Assembly: GCA_033764955.1 (NCBI GenBank)
Contig: JANRIL010000048.1
Location: 64,001 to 128,000 of the forward strand
DNA from: Cyanobacteriota bacterium
Lineage (GTDB): Bacteria; Cyanobacteriota; Cyanobacteriia; Thermostichales; Thermostichaceae
Length of the DNA: 64,000 nucleotides
Direction: 5' to 3'
Shown: positions 41,424 to 52,900 of the stretch, piece by piece
Layout: each line of letters begins with the position of its first letter
Position numbering within the stretch: position 1 is the stretch's first letter
The notes under the pieces: model-generated
Told to the model about the DNA's origin: nothing
What the model saw: the letters and a program-made list of their open reading frames with translations, nothing else
Databases searched by the model: none
Program-made: the position numbers and the translations under genes

Positions 41424-42260
41424 TTAATAGCTGCGATGAATATGCTTGCGAACTTCCGCAACAAAGTGATAAAATTCATCCGTTAAGCACATTTCCAGGG
41501 TGCGTGGGCGGGGCAAATTTACCCGTAACCGGAGGACAATCTGACTAGGACGGGGACTCATCACATAGATTGTATCGGAGAGAAAAACGGCTTCTTGCAA
41601 ATCATGGGTGACCAAAATACTAGTACAGCCGGTGCGTTGCCACAATCGCTGAAGCATCACCCACATATCCTCCCGTGTGAAGGCATCCAAAGCTCCAAAG
41701 GGTTCATCAAGCAGGAGCAACTCCGGCTGGTGAATAAGTGCTCGACAGAGAGAAGCCCGCTGTCTCATGCCCCCCGATAATTGCCAGGGATAATATTTTT
41801 GAAATCCATCCAGACCAACAGTAGCCAGTAATTCCTGAGCAGCCGTGATATGCTCTGGTAGTTTCTGCCGAAAGGTTTGTTTATAGGGTTGGACGATTTC
41901 TAGAGGCAATAATACATTTTGAAGGGTATTTCGCCAGGGCAATAAAACCGGATTTTGAAAGGCAATCCCTACGCTATTCAGGGATCCTTGAATGGGCTGA
42001 GAGCGAAACAACAGTTGACCCATCTCGACAGGGGTGAGTCCAGCCACCATCCGTAGTAGAGAGGTTTTGCCACAGCCACTTGGCCCAACAATCGAAATGA
42101 ATTCAGAATGACGCAGAGAAAAAGAAACCCCTTGAATAATCGATAGAGATTGCCCATTTTGTTGAAATTGAAGAGCAACATCCCGAAATTCTAAAACTTG
42201 GTTGTCGGAAGTATTTTCAGAAGCAGTGGATGGAAAAGAATGCGCCTGAGTTTCTGTCAT
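41424..42260 (-). CDS. NitT/TauT-family ABC transporter ATP-binding protein
   Basis: GPSGCGKT, FQNPVLLPWR, LSGGMRQR, DEPFGALD, THDLQEAV. Confidence 0.92.
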   Translation of the reverse strand: MTETQAHSFPSTASENTSDNQVLEFRDVALQFQQNGQSLSIIQGVSFSLRHSEFISIVGPSGCGKTSLLRMVAGLTPVEMGQLLFRSQPIQGSLNSVGIAFQNPVLLPWRNTLQNVLLPLEIVQPYKQTFRQKLPEHITAAQELLATVGLDGFQKYYPWQLSGGMRQRASLCRALIHQPELLLLDEPFGALDAFTREDMWVMLQRLWQRTGCTSILVTHDLQEAVFLSDTIYVMSPRPSQIVLRLRVNLPRPRTLEMCLTDEFYHFVAEVRKHIHRSY

Positions 42261-42315
42261 GTCTGCCCATCAGTTGGGTGAAGAAGTTTTTGGGGAATAC
42301 CCATAACCATGCTGT

Positions 42316-42358
42316 AGACTAGCGCAAGCGAATCCTGAGTCATCGTAGCCTCAGATAC
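42316..42358 (-). promoter_or_regulatory. putative NtcA-activated promoter
   Basis: GTA-N8-TAC at 42345-42358 (minus strand tGTATCTGAGGCTAC), 23-nt spacer, then TAGTCT (TAN3T -10) at 42321-42316. Confidence 0.55.
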
Positions 42359-42525
42359 ATAGAAAATTGTTTTTTTGCGCTAATGATTGCTAACGAGAAA
42401 AGATTTCCTTAGGAACCAGTTGGTCAGGGATCCCCCACTGCATCAACCAGAGAGATTAAGGATTTCTGGAGTGGTAGGGGATCCCTGCCAGGATCTACTA
42501 CTCTAGGGTCTGGATAGCATCATGA

Positions 42526-43815
<1,290 letters not shown>

Positions 43816-43881
43816 AATCCTGCAGAAATCCTCCATAAAAAACTGGCTATGGGGAGAGCAACCAGGTCAGACCGCTTCTTC

Positions 43882-44448
43882 TCAAAGCTCGATCACCGTC
43901 ACCACAGGTTTAGGGATCCCACCAGGGGGCAGGATCGCCTCCTGCATGTTTGTGCCTGCCAATTCGGTGGCTTGCAGCTTAGCGGTGCTGAGATCCACCT
44001 GACTCAAATTGGCTCCGGTCAGATTGGCGCTGATTAGATCGGCTTCTGCCAAAATTGCCCCCTGCAAAAGGGCTTTGACCAAATCGGCTCGTTGTAAGTT
44101 GGCTTTGGTCAGGTTGGCCTGTTGTAAATCTGCCTCCGTCAGGGTAGCCCAACTCAGGTTGCTCAGTTCTAGGTTGGTGCCCCGCAAAGTAGCACAGTTG
44201 AGGCTGGCTCGTCGGAGATCCGCTTGGCTGAGGTTAGCTTGGGTCAAGTTGGTTTCGATGAGGATGGAGCGCCGCAGATTTGCTCCCGTTAGGTTCGCTC
44301 CCGTTAGGTTCGCTCCGGCTAAGTTGGCACGATGCAAATTGGCTCCGCTCAGATTCGCCCCTGACAAATTGGCACGCCGCAAATCCACAAGCGTAAACTC
44401 TCTCTCTCCGGCAGCATAAGCTTCTAACAGTTGAGCAGGGGTGATCAT
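43882..44448 (-). CDS. pentapeptide repeat protein
   Basis: YAAGEREF N-cap followed by tandem A(N/D)Lxx repeats. Confidence 0.93.
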   Translation of the reverse strand: MITPAQLLEAYAAGEREFTLVDLRRANLSGANLSGANLHRANLAGANLTGANLTGANLRRSILIETNLTQANLSQADLRRASLNCATLRGTNLELSNLSWATLTEADLQQANLTKANLQRADLVKALLQGAILAEADLISANLTGANLSQVDLSTAKLQATELAGTNMQEAILPPGGIPKPVVTVIEL

Positions 44449-44682
44449 AAGTTAGGCTCCGTGATAGGCAGTGGCGTGGGGTACTGACGTAGTGATTTAC
44501 CTTTACTTTGACCTAAAGAAGGGTTGGGATCCGAACCCCCTTAGCTTTGTTTAACAGAAACATGGCAGCACCATAAAATTCCCAGGGTTGGAGCCGGATC
44601 TGGGCAGGAGGGGAGCCAGTCACCCTCACCCTGTGATCCCTCTCAACTGCGCCTCTAGGAATCCATGACTCAATAAGTGTAG

Positions 44683-44934
44683 ATGAGTCCCTGGAGAAAG
44701 CAAGTGACGAAAAGCCTAACTTCCCAACCCCTCCAATCCTTGGTAGAAACCATTGCCTGCACTGGATCGTTGACCTATCAACAGGAACGGCAAATTGAAT
44801 GTTTGTTGGTTACCCACCAGTTTGATGAGAGTGATTTGAGTGCCCTCGATCGCTTGATCGAGCTGCTATTTGCCGGAGAAGTGGTTTCTGAATCCGATTA
44901 TCGGCAAGCCCGGCGTCAGTGGCGGGTTGCGTAG
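44683..44934 (+). CDS. small hypothetical protein
   Basis: LVETI..GSLTYQQERQI..DLSALDRLIELL pattern of small cyanobacterial proteins. Confidence 0.65.
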   Translation: MSPWRKQVTKSLTSQPLQSLVETIACTGSLTYQQERQIECLLVTHQFDESDLSALDRLIELLFAGEVVSESDYRQARRQWRVA

Positions 44935-45051
44935 ACCCACTTGATCCCTCAAGTTTAGCGCCCCCATCCACAATGAGAATGGCATAATCGAGCCAAGCCC
45001 TCACCAGCCAGGGATCCTTTCCCCACATTCCCCCACGCCTGGAGTCTCCCC

Positions 45052-45498
45052 ATGACGGATCCTCACACCCCAACCGATACACCGCTAGATACCCAAAAAG
45101 CGGTAACCACCCTCAAGGTCGTCTTAGGGGCAGCTTGGGCAGATGGGCGCTTACAGCCGGAAGAGATTCCCTCCCTGCGAGAGGTGATTATGGATTTGGG
45201 GCTTCAGGATCACCCCGAAATTCGCCAATGGATCCAAACCCCTGTTTCGCCCAGTGACTACCGCCGTTCTTTTCAGGAGTACCTTAATTGCCACCCGACG
45301 GTAGCAGAACGAGAGTATTTGTTGAAGGTGGTGACTCGGCTAATTTACGCCGATGATGAAGTATCGGTGGAAGAAGCCTATATTTTGGATGGTCTCCGCA
45401 CCATGGTGGAGCAAGTCCAGCCCGATGCCGCCGGCGGGATCCCCTTTGCCGAATTTCAAGCCCTATTTGGACGGCTGATAGGAGTTTTATCCCGCTAG
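45052..45498 (+). CDS. TerB-family protein
   Basis: GAAWADGRLQPEE and LIYADDEVSVEE paired motifs. Confidence 0.82.
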   Translation: MTDPHTPTDTPLDTQKAVTTLKVVLGAAWADGRLQPEEIPSLREVIMDLGLQDHPEIRQWIQTPVSPSDYRRSFQEYLNCHPTVAEREYLLKVVTRLIYADDEVSVEEAYILDGLRTMVEQVQPDAAGGIPFAEFQALFGRLIGVLSR

Positions 45499-45568
45499 AG
45501 AGGGGATCCCCAGCTCAGGACAAGAAGATGGTAAGTTGAGGACTGTCGAAGCGCAACTTCCCAAGGTT

Positions 45569-46333
45569 ATGGCGGCACTACAAGCCCTGATTTTTGATGT
45601 GGATGGCACACTAGCCGATACCGAACGGGATGGGCATCGCTTGGCGTTTAATCAGGCGTTTGCGGAGGCGGGGTTAGACTGGCAATGGTCAATCCCTCTC
45701 TACGGTGAGTTGTTAGCGGTGACTGGAGGCAAGGAACGCATCCAATTTTTTATCGATCGCTACCAACCCTCCTTTTCTCCCCCCGCCGATGGGAAAGCCT
45801 TTATCGCTGGGCTGCACGCCGCCAAGACACGCATCTACACAGAGTTATTGGCAACAGGCGGGATCCCCTTGCGTCCGGGGGTGCGGCGGTTCTTGCAGGA
45901 AGCCTATACCCAAGGGCTGCGGCTGGCGATTGCCACCACCACCACGCCCGCTAATGTGACGGCACTTTTGCAAAGTGTTTTGCCGGATGGGCTGACCTGG
46001 TTTGAGGTGATTGGGGCGGGAGACATTGTGCCTGCCAAAAAACCGGCTCCCGATATTTATCTTTATGTGTTGGAGCAAATGGGCTTGCAGGCGCGAGACT
46101 GCCTAGCTTTTGAAGACTCGGCCAATGGCCTGATCTCTGCTCAGCAGGCGGGACTCACCACCATCGTTACCGTGAATGACTATACCCAAGAGCAAGACTT
46201 TGGCGGAGCCGCCTTGGTGCTCGATCATCTAGGGGATCCCCATCTGCCCTTCCGTCGTCTGGCTGGGGATCCTGGGCAAACCACTTATTTGGATGTGTCC
46301 CTAGCTCGTCAAATCCATCAGCAATTTGCCTAG
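45569..46333 (+). CDS. cbbY: CbbY-like HAD hydrolase
   Basis: LIFDVDGTLADTERDGHR.AFN, GGKER, KKPAPDIY, FEDSANG. Confidence 0.85.
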   Translation: MAALQALIFDVDGTLADTERDGHRLAFNQAFAEAGLDWQWSIPLYGELLAVTGGKERIQFFIDRYQPSFSPPADGKAFIAGLHAAKTRIYTELLATGGIPLRPGVRRFLQEAYTQGLRLAIATTTTPANVTALLQSVLPDGLTWFEVIGAGDIVPAKKPAPDIYLYVLEQMGLQARDCLAFEDSANGLISAQQAGLTTIVTVNDYTQEQDFGGAALVLDHLGDPHLPFRRLAGDPGQTTYLDVSLARQIHQQFA

Positions 46334-46335
46334 GC

Positions 46336-47193
46336 ATGAGGATCCCCTTTCACCCCCTGAAAACCCGCCTCTTGGCTCACCTAGAGCAGGTGGCACGACC
46401 ACGGGATCCCTATTGGTCACCTCATGAACATAAGCGGGTACAGCACTATATTCGGCAGACATGGCAGATCTATGGTCAGGTGGAGAGCCATGAGTTTCGC
46501 TATTATGATCAGACTCACCACAATCTGGTTTTGGCCTTGCCTGCCGGCAATTCCTATGGCTATCCCCCCATTGTGATTGGGGCGCACTACGATGCCGTAC
46601 CCGCCTGCCCCGGAGCCGACGATAATGCCACAGGAATAGCCGCTCTGCTAGAACTAGCAGGGTTCTTTGCCACCCATCCAGCTCGCCATCCCATTTGGCT
46701 GGTGGCGTTTGATCTGGAAGAATATGGTCTGTTGGGCAGCCAAGCCTATGCTCAACACCTGAAACGACAACAACAACCCCTGCGCCTCATGCTTTCTCTG
46801 GAAATGTTGGGGTATTGTAACCAATCCACGGGATCCCAGCACTACCCTCACCCACTTTTGCAGCGGCTCTATCCTGACCAGGGAAATTTTATTGGCTTGA
46901 TTGGCAACCTGCCCACCCTGCCGGACTTGCTCCATCTGCAACGGTCACTCCAGCACGTGGGGATCCCTTGCCAGTGGTTACCGACATGGGATCGGGGACG
47001 GATACTAGCCGATATTCGAGCCAGTGATCATGCCCCTTTTTGGGACGCGGGCTATCGGGCCGTGATGGTGACGGATACCGCCCATCTGCGTAACCCCCAT
47101 TACCACCTGTCCAGCGACCGCATAGATACACTGGACATGGATTTTTTTACAGGTATTTGTCAGGGAATTGCCCAAGGATTGCATGATCTCTAG
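46336..47193 (+). CDS. M28 family peptidase
   Basis: GAHYD, PGADDNATG, FDLEE, SDH, NPHYH..D. Confidence 0.9.
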   Translation: MRIPFHPLKTRLLAHLEQVARPRDPYWSPHEHKRVQHYIRQTWQIYGQVESHEFRYYDQTHHNLVLALPAGNSYGYPPIVIGAHYDAVPACPGADDNATGIAALLELAGFFATHPARHPIWLVAFDLEEYGLLGSQAYAQHLKRQQQPLRLMLSLEMLGYCNQSTGSQHYPHPLLQRLYPDQGNFIGLIGNLPTLPDLLHLQRSLQHVGIPCQWLPTWDRGRILADIRASDHAPFWDAGYRAVMVTDTAHLRNPHYHLSSDRIDTLDMDFFTGICQGIAQGLHDL

Positions 47194-47412
47194 AGCTTTC
47201 CAGAATTGGTAACCCTCTCAAACCAGAATGTTCCTCTGGCAGGGAGTGGTTGCTGATCAAGGAAGGGCACGACACAATAACAAATAGATTGGTCATCCTT
47301 GGGGTCAGTCAAGGGGTTAGCACTCTTGCGGCTAGTCAGCGCAAAAAAGCAAGTCTTTCCCACTTTTTGTGCCCTGAGATCTTCCTACTCACCTCATTTG
47401 TCTGCCTTCATT

Positions 47413-47997
47413 ATGTTGAATCATTTTCGTGATCGTTATCCTATGGGCAGCATCATCAGTGATTTGCTTCGGGTTGAAGAAGGGATTTATATTGTCAAAG
47501 TGCAAATTTTGTTGAATAACAGCGTCCTGGCTTCGGGTTTAGCGGGATCTACGACGGTGGAAGAAGCCGAAGATGCTGCGTTGCAGCGTGCCCTCACCCA
47601 CGCTGGGCTAAGTGCCTCGCCGGTAACGCCCCCCGAAACTAAGCCCTCTCCCCCCTTCGCTGCTCTCAATGTGGATGCTACTCCCCTCTTGCCGGATAAT
47701 GGGATCCCGACCAGTTGGGCGATGCCGACAAAACCTGAGGTGGCGATACCTGCCCCTCCTGAGTTGTTAAGCCGATTACCCGAACCCCTCACAGAGCCAG
47801 AGGATCTCTCAGAAATTATTGCTCAGTCGGACGTAGAGCTACAGCGAATTGGCTGGGGACCAAAAGAAGGCCGTGAATTTTTAGAATCTCGGTTTCACAA
47901 AAAATCTCGGCATCAACTCAACGAGATGGAATTACGAGAGTTTTTACGCCATCTCAAGCAACAGCCCTCCCGACCTAAGCAAGAAACTCCTTTTTAG
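47413..47997 (+). CDS. conserved cyanobacterial hypothetical protein
   Basis: FRDRYPMGSIISDL..GLAG..VEEAED.A..RAL; Pro-rich linker; C-terminal DVELQRIGW..GREFL..KKSR domain. Confidence 0.75.
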   Translation: MLNHFRDRYPMGSIISDLLRVEEGIYIVKVQILLNNSVLASGLAGSTTVEEAEDAALQRALTHAGLSASPVTPPETKPSPPFAALNVDATPLLPDNGIPTSWAMPTKPEVAIPAPPELLSRLPEPLTEPEDLSEIIAQSDVELQRIGWGPKEGREFLESRFHKKSRHQLNEMELREFLRHLKQQPSRPKQETPF

Positions 47998-48018
47998 AGC
48001 AGGATAGGAGCACAGCTA

Positions 48019-48507
48019 TTACTGAAATTCAAAAGTAAGTTGATGGGTTTCTTGCAGATCAACAGTGGTGTGATCCACTAGATTGGTATCGGTTAGTTCT
48101 AAGTTATAAAAATCAATAAAAGCGGGTTCGGCAAACAGTGGCCCCGCATGCCATGTTTCGAGATGAAGCTTGACAAAGCAATCCCCAGCGATCCGAAATC
48201 CCACAATCTGATCGGGATCCAACTGAGGAGAGGGGGGAGCCACCGCCAGCAACCAAGGCTGAGCATGTAGGGATCCCAGGCATTGGGTACAACGACGATG
48301 CTGAGTGATGCGGTCAAATCGCCGCCCTCTCGCCCCTAAACGCATCAAATAAAAACGAGGGGATCCCTTATCTAGCACGAGCTGGGCATCGTGCTGATCA
48401 AAAGCTTTGCCATCTGGCTGCGGATAGATCACCTGTCCATAGGCGGCGAAGGCAGCACTAGATAGTGATTGGGTCAGCAATGGGCGAAGGGTAAGAGCCA
48501 CAAACAA
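48019..48507 (-). CDS. ureidoglycolate lyase/hydrolase family protein
   Basis: FAAYGQVI, ITQH..CTQCL, LH..TWHAGP, FYNLE..DTN. Confidence 0.82.
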   Translation of the reverse strand: MFVALTLRPLLTQSLSSAAFAAYGQVIYPQPDGKAFDQHDAQLVLDKGSPRFYLMRLGARGRRFDRITQHRRCTQCLGSLHAQPWLLAVAPPSPQLDPDQIVGFRIAGDCFVKLHLETWHAGPLFAEPAFIDFYNLELTDTNLVDHTTVDLQETHQLTFEFQ

Positions 48508-48539
48508 ATCCTATAAAATCCTCAGGTCTGTCACCAATT

Positions 48540-48625
48540 CGATAACAGCAAAACGCAGCGGCGGTAGATCACTTTTTAACCCCACCAGCAGCTCTCATCC
48601 ATCGGCTGCATTTGAATGGTTAGCC
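48540..48625. repeat. attC-like site 1 (degenerate)
   Basis: cgaTAAC ... GTTAgcc ends with inner ACGCAGC/GCTGCAT arms; 86 bp; direct-repeat homolog of site 2. Confidence 0.6.
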
Positions 48626-48684
48626 TTCTGCAAGCATCTCATCGCGCAATACGTTCGAGTTTTTCACGAACAACTCTGCGTAAC

Positions 48685-48825
48685 GTTAACACCGATCGTG
48701 GCACACCATTCCTCATTAAATAGTAATTGGCAGATCATCCAATAAAACAGACACCACATTAGCAAAGTCAATACCATGTTTACGGAGATTGGCTCCTGCC
48801 TTGTCTCAATTTTATTGGTAAACAT
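48685..48825 (-). pseudogene. BrnT-family toxin pseudogene
   Basis: alternative frame reads YQ*N*DKAGANLRKHGIDFANVVSVLLDDLPITI, then after a frameshift FNEEWCATIG; matches the BrnT signature W..K...N..KHGIDF. Confidence 0.75.
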
Positions 48826-48988
48826 CTCAATTATCGTATGCACACCTGAACATACCACCAAGAGCAAGATCTGTTAACTGCATTTGCTCTACAATTTCCC
48901 CAAAAAGCTATCTAGGAGAGGTTTGAGAGCAACTTAGCTCTGCCGCTAACAGACAATCCTCATGAACAGCCCCAACCAAGAACTTGAG

Positions 48989-49075
48989 GGCTAACGTTGC
49001 CCATCAGCCGCCGCTAGTAACCTTGAATGCTCAACAGATAGGCTTGCGCCGATCGGGTGCATGGACGTATTAGAC
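48989..49075 (-). repeat. attC-like site 2
   Basis: minus strand: R'' GTCTAAT, 5 bp, L'' CATGCACC ... L' GCTGATG, 6 bp, R' GTTAGCC; canonical attC spacing with an extra base in L''. Confidence 0.7.
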
Positions 49076-49090
49076 AATAGGGATACATTG

Positions 49091-49110
49091 TTATATCAGA
49101 TATGATATAA
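49091..49110. promoter_or_regulatory. putative toxin-antitoxin operator
   Basis: perfect 8-bp inverted repeat TTATATCA-gata-TGATATAA 7 nt upstream of the toxin ATG. Confidence 0.65.
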
Positions 49111-49117
49111 GCACACT

Positions 49118-49459
49118 ATGGGAGATCAAAGTAAACCTTTAGCTTGGCTGCACGGTGAGGTTAAGACTCCACCTTTCAGTCAGGAAGCGCGGATAGAAGC
49201 AGGTTTCCTGCTTAGGCAATTACAGGAAGGTGAAGCACTTGGACTACCACATTCGCGTCCTATGCCAAGTATAGGAATTCACTGTCATGAACTGCGTATT
49301 CGAGATGGAGATAAAAATTGGAGGATCCTTTATCGGATTGATGACGATGCAATCTTGATTCTTGAGGTTTTTAACAAAACAACGAGATCAACGTCTAAAA
49401 GCATAATTGAGACTTGCAAAAAGCGTTTTGGTAAATACAATATTGACCAACAGGAGTAA
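49118..49459 (+). CDS. RelE/ParE-superfamily toxin (Gp49/HigB-like)
   Basis: KTPPFS..AR.EAG.LLR.LQ.G, PHSRPMP.IG..CHELRI, WRI.YR, F.KTT. Confidence 0.9.
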   Translation: MGDQSKPLAWLHGEVKTPPFSQEARIEAGFLLRQLQEGEALGLPHSRPMPSIGIHCHELRIRDGDKNWRILYRIDDDAILILEVFNKTTRSTSKSIIETCKKRFGKYNIDQQE

Positions 49460-49463
49460 AATA

Positions 49464-49778
49464 ATGAAACCAGTCAAGAAAGAATATTTAGAATCTAAAG
49501 GCTGGAAAATTGGGACAGTTTCAGATTTTTTAGAGTTAACATCGGAAGAAACTATCTTTGTTGAAATCAAGTTAGCTCTCAGCCGCAGCTTAAAGGATAG
49601 GCGGCAAAAAATGATGACTCAAGCTGAACTCGCTTCTAAGATTGGCTCCAGTCAACCTCGGATTGCCAAGGCGGAAAATGGTGATGATTCGGTGTCCATC
49701 GAACTATTAATTCGGGCAATGTTGGCAACAGGTGCAACTCCTAAAGATATTGGACAGATTATTGCTAGTGTCGGTTAG
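49464..49778 (+). CDS. XRE-family HTH antitoxin
   Basis: GWKIG...DFL; MTQAELA..IGSSQPRIAKAE; AGGAG RBS; toxin-first gene order. Confidence 0.9.
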   Translation: MKPVKKEYLESKGWKIGTVSDFLELTSEETIFVEIKLALSRSLKDRRQKMMTQAELASKIGSSQPRIAKAENGDDSVSIELLIRAMLATGATPKDIGQIIASVG

Positions 49779-49997
49779 TAACATTCACACTAGATTTAGT
49801 TGATCCAGCACATGGTTCCGAAAGGCTTCTAGCCTACCATTCATTGCTTTGCCAGTGCTTGAAAATAACGTTTTCTAAGTTTTTCATCTCTGACTCTATC
49901 ATTGCTATCGGATTAAACTCCGGCGAGTATGGTGGCAGATACTCTACTCTTGCTCCCATTGATTCTATCAATTCCTTGATTTCTGCTCGATAGCCCA

Positions 49998-52900
49998 CTA
50001 TTCCGTCTGGCTGAGCTGTGTCAGGGCAACCAAATCTCGATACCGCACTTTCTTGACCATTGTCTTTAGAGAAATGGTCAGATGTTCATGCTCCCCAGGG
50101 ATCCCTGCTAGCAGTTGGTTAATTTTTTTGCTGTTGAGCTTGGTGGCGGCTTCATGCAATTCCTGAATCCAATCGCGGGGCATCACAGCTAGATCTTGAG
50201 AGGTCAGTTCACGGGCTGTAGAGGCAACAGCGCTAGGGGAAGGAGGCGCACTTTCCGTAACAAATTGTACGCCAAGATGCTGGCTTAACTTGTCAAAAAT
50301 CATCGACTCTCGAAAGGGTTTTCCAACAAAATCATCACAGCCATTGGCTAAAATGGTGGCTCGATCTTGCTCAAAGGCACTCGCCGTCAGGGCAATAATT
50401 TTGGTGGAACGGGATCCCAAGTGAGCTTTGATGTAACGGGTAGCCTCATTCCCATCCATGACGGGCATCTGAATGTCCATCCAGATCAAATGCGGATCCC
50501 AAGCTTGCCAGATATCGATGGCCTCTTGCCCATTGCTGGCGGTTTTAATCTGGTTCAATCCAACTAGTCTCAACAGTTCGGCCAAAACCTGCTGATTTTC
50601 CGGTCTATCATCCACGATTAAGAGGCGATAGGAGGGCTGCCCAGCCACTAACCCGATCACCTTGGGTTGGGATCCCGTATCTTGGATTTGAGCAGGTTCC
50701 GCTCGTCTGGCTTGAATAGGAAAGGAAAAGGTGGTGCCTTGTCCCTTTTGGCTGGTGACGTGAATATCACCGCCCATCAATTTGACAAATTCTCGGCTAA
50801 TAGCCAAGCCTAAACCTGTGCCTTCACTGACTTTTTTGCTGGTATCGGTTTGCACAAAAGCCTGGAAAAGCATCGACAATTCTTCAGGTGTCATGCCCAT
50901 GCCCGTATCCACCACCGCAAATTGAATGGTACAGGGATCCCCCTTAGCCAGTTGCCGAACCTGAAGGGTAACGCCACCCGCTTTCGTAAACTTGATGGCA
51001 TTACCGATCAAGTTAATCAAAACCTGTCGGAGTTTATTTTCATCAGTGATCAGTGCTGTTGGCAATTGGGGATCGAGATCAAAGGTAAGATAGATATTTT
51101 TGGCTTTTGCCCGCACATTCAACATTTCCTGTAGAGTTTTGAGCATTGTTAACAAATCAAAAGCTGACTCTTGCAGAACAATTTTGCCCGCTTCAATTTT
51201 GGCCATATCAAGAACACTGTTAATCAGGTTGAGCAGATGTTCTCCACTACGGTTAATAGTAGCTACGGTATCTTTTTGTTTGTCAGTTAGATGGGGATCC
51301 CGTGAGAGCAATTGACTAAACCCAAGAATAGCGTTGAGAGGAGTTCGCAGTTCATGGCTCATGTTGGCTAAGAATGTACTCTTTGCTTTGTTGGCAGCTT
51401 CCGCCACTTCGCGTGCCTGCTGTTGAATCTGCTCAGCTTTTTTGAGTTCCGTGATGTCCGTTCCAATGGTTAAAACACAGGCTTGATCCTCCCCAGGGAT
51501 TTGCATGGGGCGCTTGATCCACTGCAAGAACCGTCCCTCTCCTTGCTGGTTAACCTGATTTTCTTCTGCAGATCTCAGTTCTTGTCCAGTTGATAAAACT
51601 TGCTGATTTTCCAGAATTACTTGCTGCCAAACTTCCGCCAGCAGATGCTCGGATTCAAGAGAATTGATCAAGTGGTTACGATTAAGTCCATAAAATTGAG
51701 CATAGGCTAGATTAGCTAAGATAGTTCGATTTTGTCTGTCTCTAACTACAATGAGATCCGGTGATGTATCCAGAAGGGTCACCAAAAATTCTCGCTGCTG
51801 TCGAATTGATTCTTCTATTTTCTTGCGAGCAGTAATATCTTCTAGAATACCCAGACTAAGCTGAGGGGATCCCTGTTGATCGTTAATCAGTGCAACCGTC
51901 AATCGTGTCCAAATAGTTTGTTTATCTTTGCGAACACAGCGTTTTTCCAGTTGATAATAGTTTCTTTTTCCAGCGATCAAATCGTTCCACAAAACTTCTT
52001 CCGCCAAAACATCATCAGGATGAGTATAGTGATGAAAATGAATTGGCATTAACTCATCGACGGAATAGCCTAGGAGCTGGGCTAAAAAGGGGTTGACACG
52101 CAGAGTTTTTCCATCCAGGGTATCAAGAGTAATACCCATGGGGGCATTTTCAAAGATGCCACGAAACTGGGCTTCACTCTCCGCTAAAGCCGCTTCAGCC
52201 TGCTTGCGGCGGGTGATATCCATCCCAATCATCAACACACAGGGTTCACCCGTGGCGGGTAAGATGATGCGCCGCTTTACCCATTGCACCCACTGTTCCT
52301 TTCCCGCCGCATCCCAATGGCATTCTTCAGGGGTTTGAACATCTTCACCCGATACAATAACTTGGCGAGTTTCCAGCAACCATTTCCGCCAATCTTCAGC
52401 ACTAAACGCTTCAGAGGTATCTCCTAAAGAATCTTGCACTGTCTTGCCAAAGAAATTAGCTGCTGTTTGATTGATTAAAACAGTATGGTTATCCCAATTT
52501 TTTACAACAATTAGATCCGGCGAGGTATCAATCAATCGATTTAGAAATGTTTGCTGATCGTGAATGGATTTTTCAGTTATTTTGCGCTCGGTAACATCCG
52601 TATGGGATCCCACCAGTCGTTTTGGGTTACCCAACTCATCTCGATGGGTAATTTTGGCACGAGACAATATCCAGCGATACGATCCATCACGATGACGCAT
52701 TCTCACTTCAAAATTAAGGGCAGAACTTTCCCCCCTTAAATGAGCAAAAACTTTACTAAGTGCACCATCAATATCTTCAGGGTGTACTAGATTTTCCCAG
52801 GAAGAAAAGAGATTAGGAATTTCTTCATCACTATACCCCAGCATTGATTTCCACTGTGGAGAAAAATACACATCATTAGTCTCTAAGTCCCAATCCCAAA

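Noticed and set aside
44270..44380. 15-bp tandem DNA repeats
   Set aside because: Explained by pentapeptide-repeat coding (GANLT units); not a CRISPR array or iterons
48664..48867. 67-aa ORF as a real gene
   Set aside because: It is largely an off-frame reading of the brnT pseudogene
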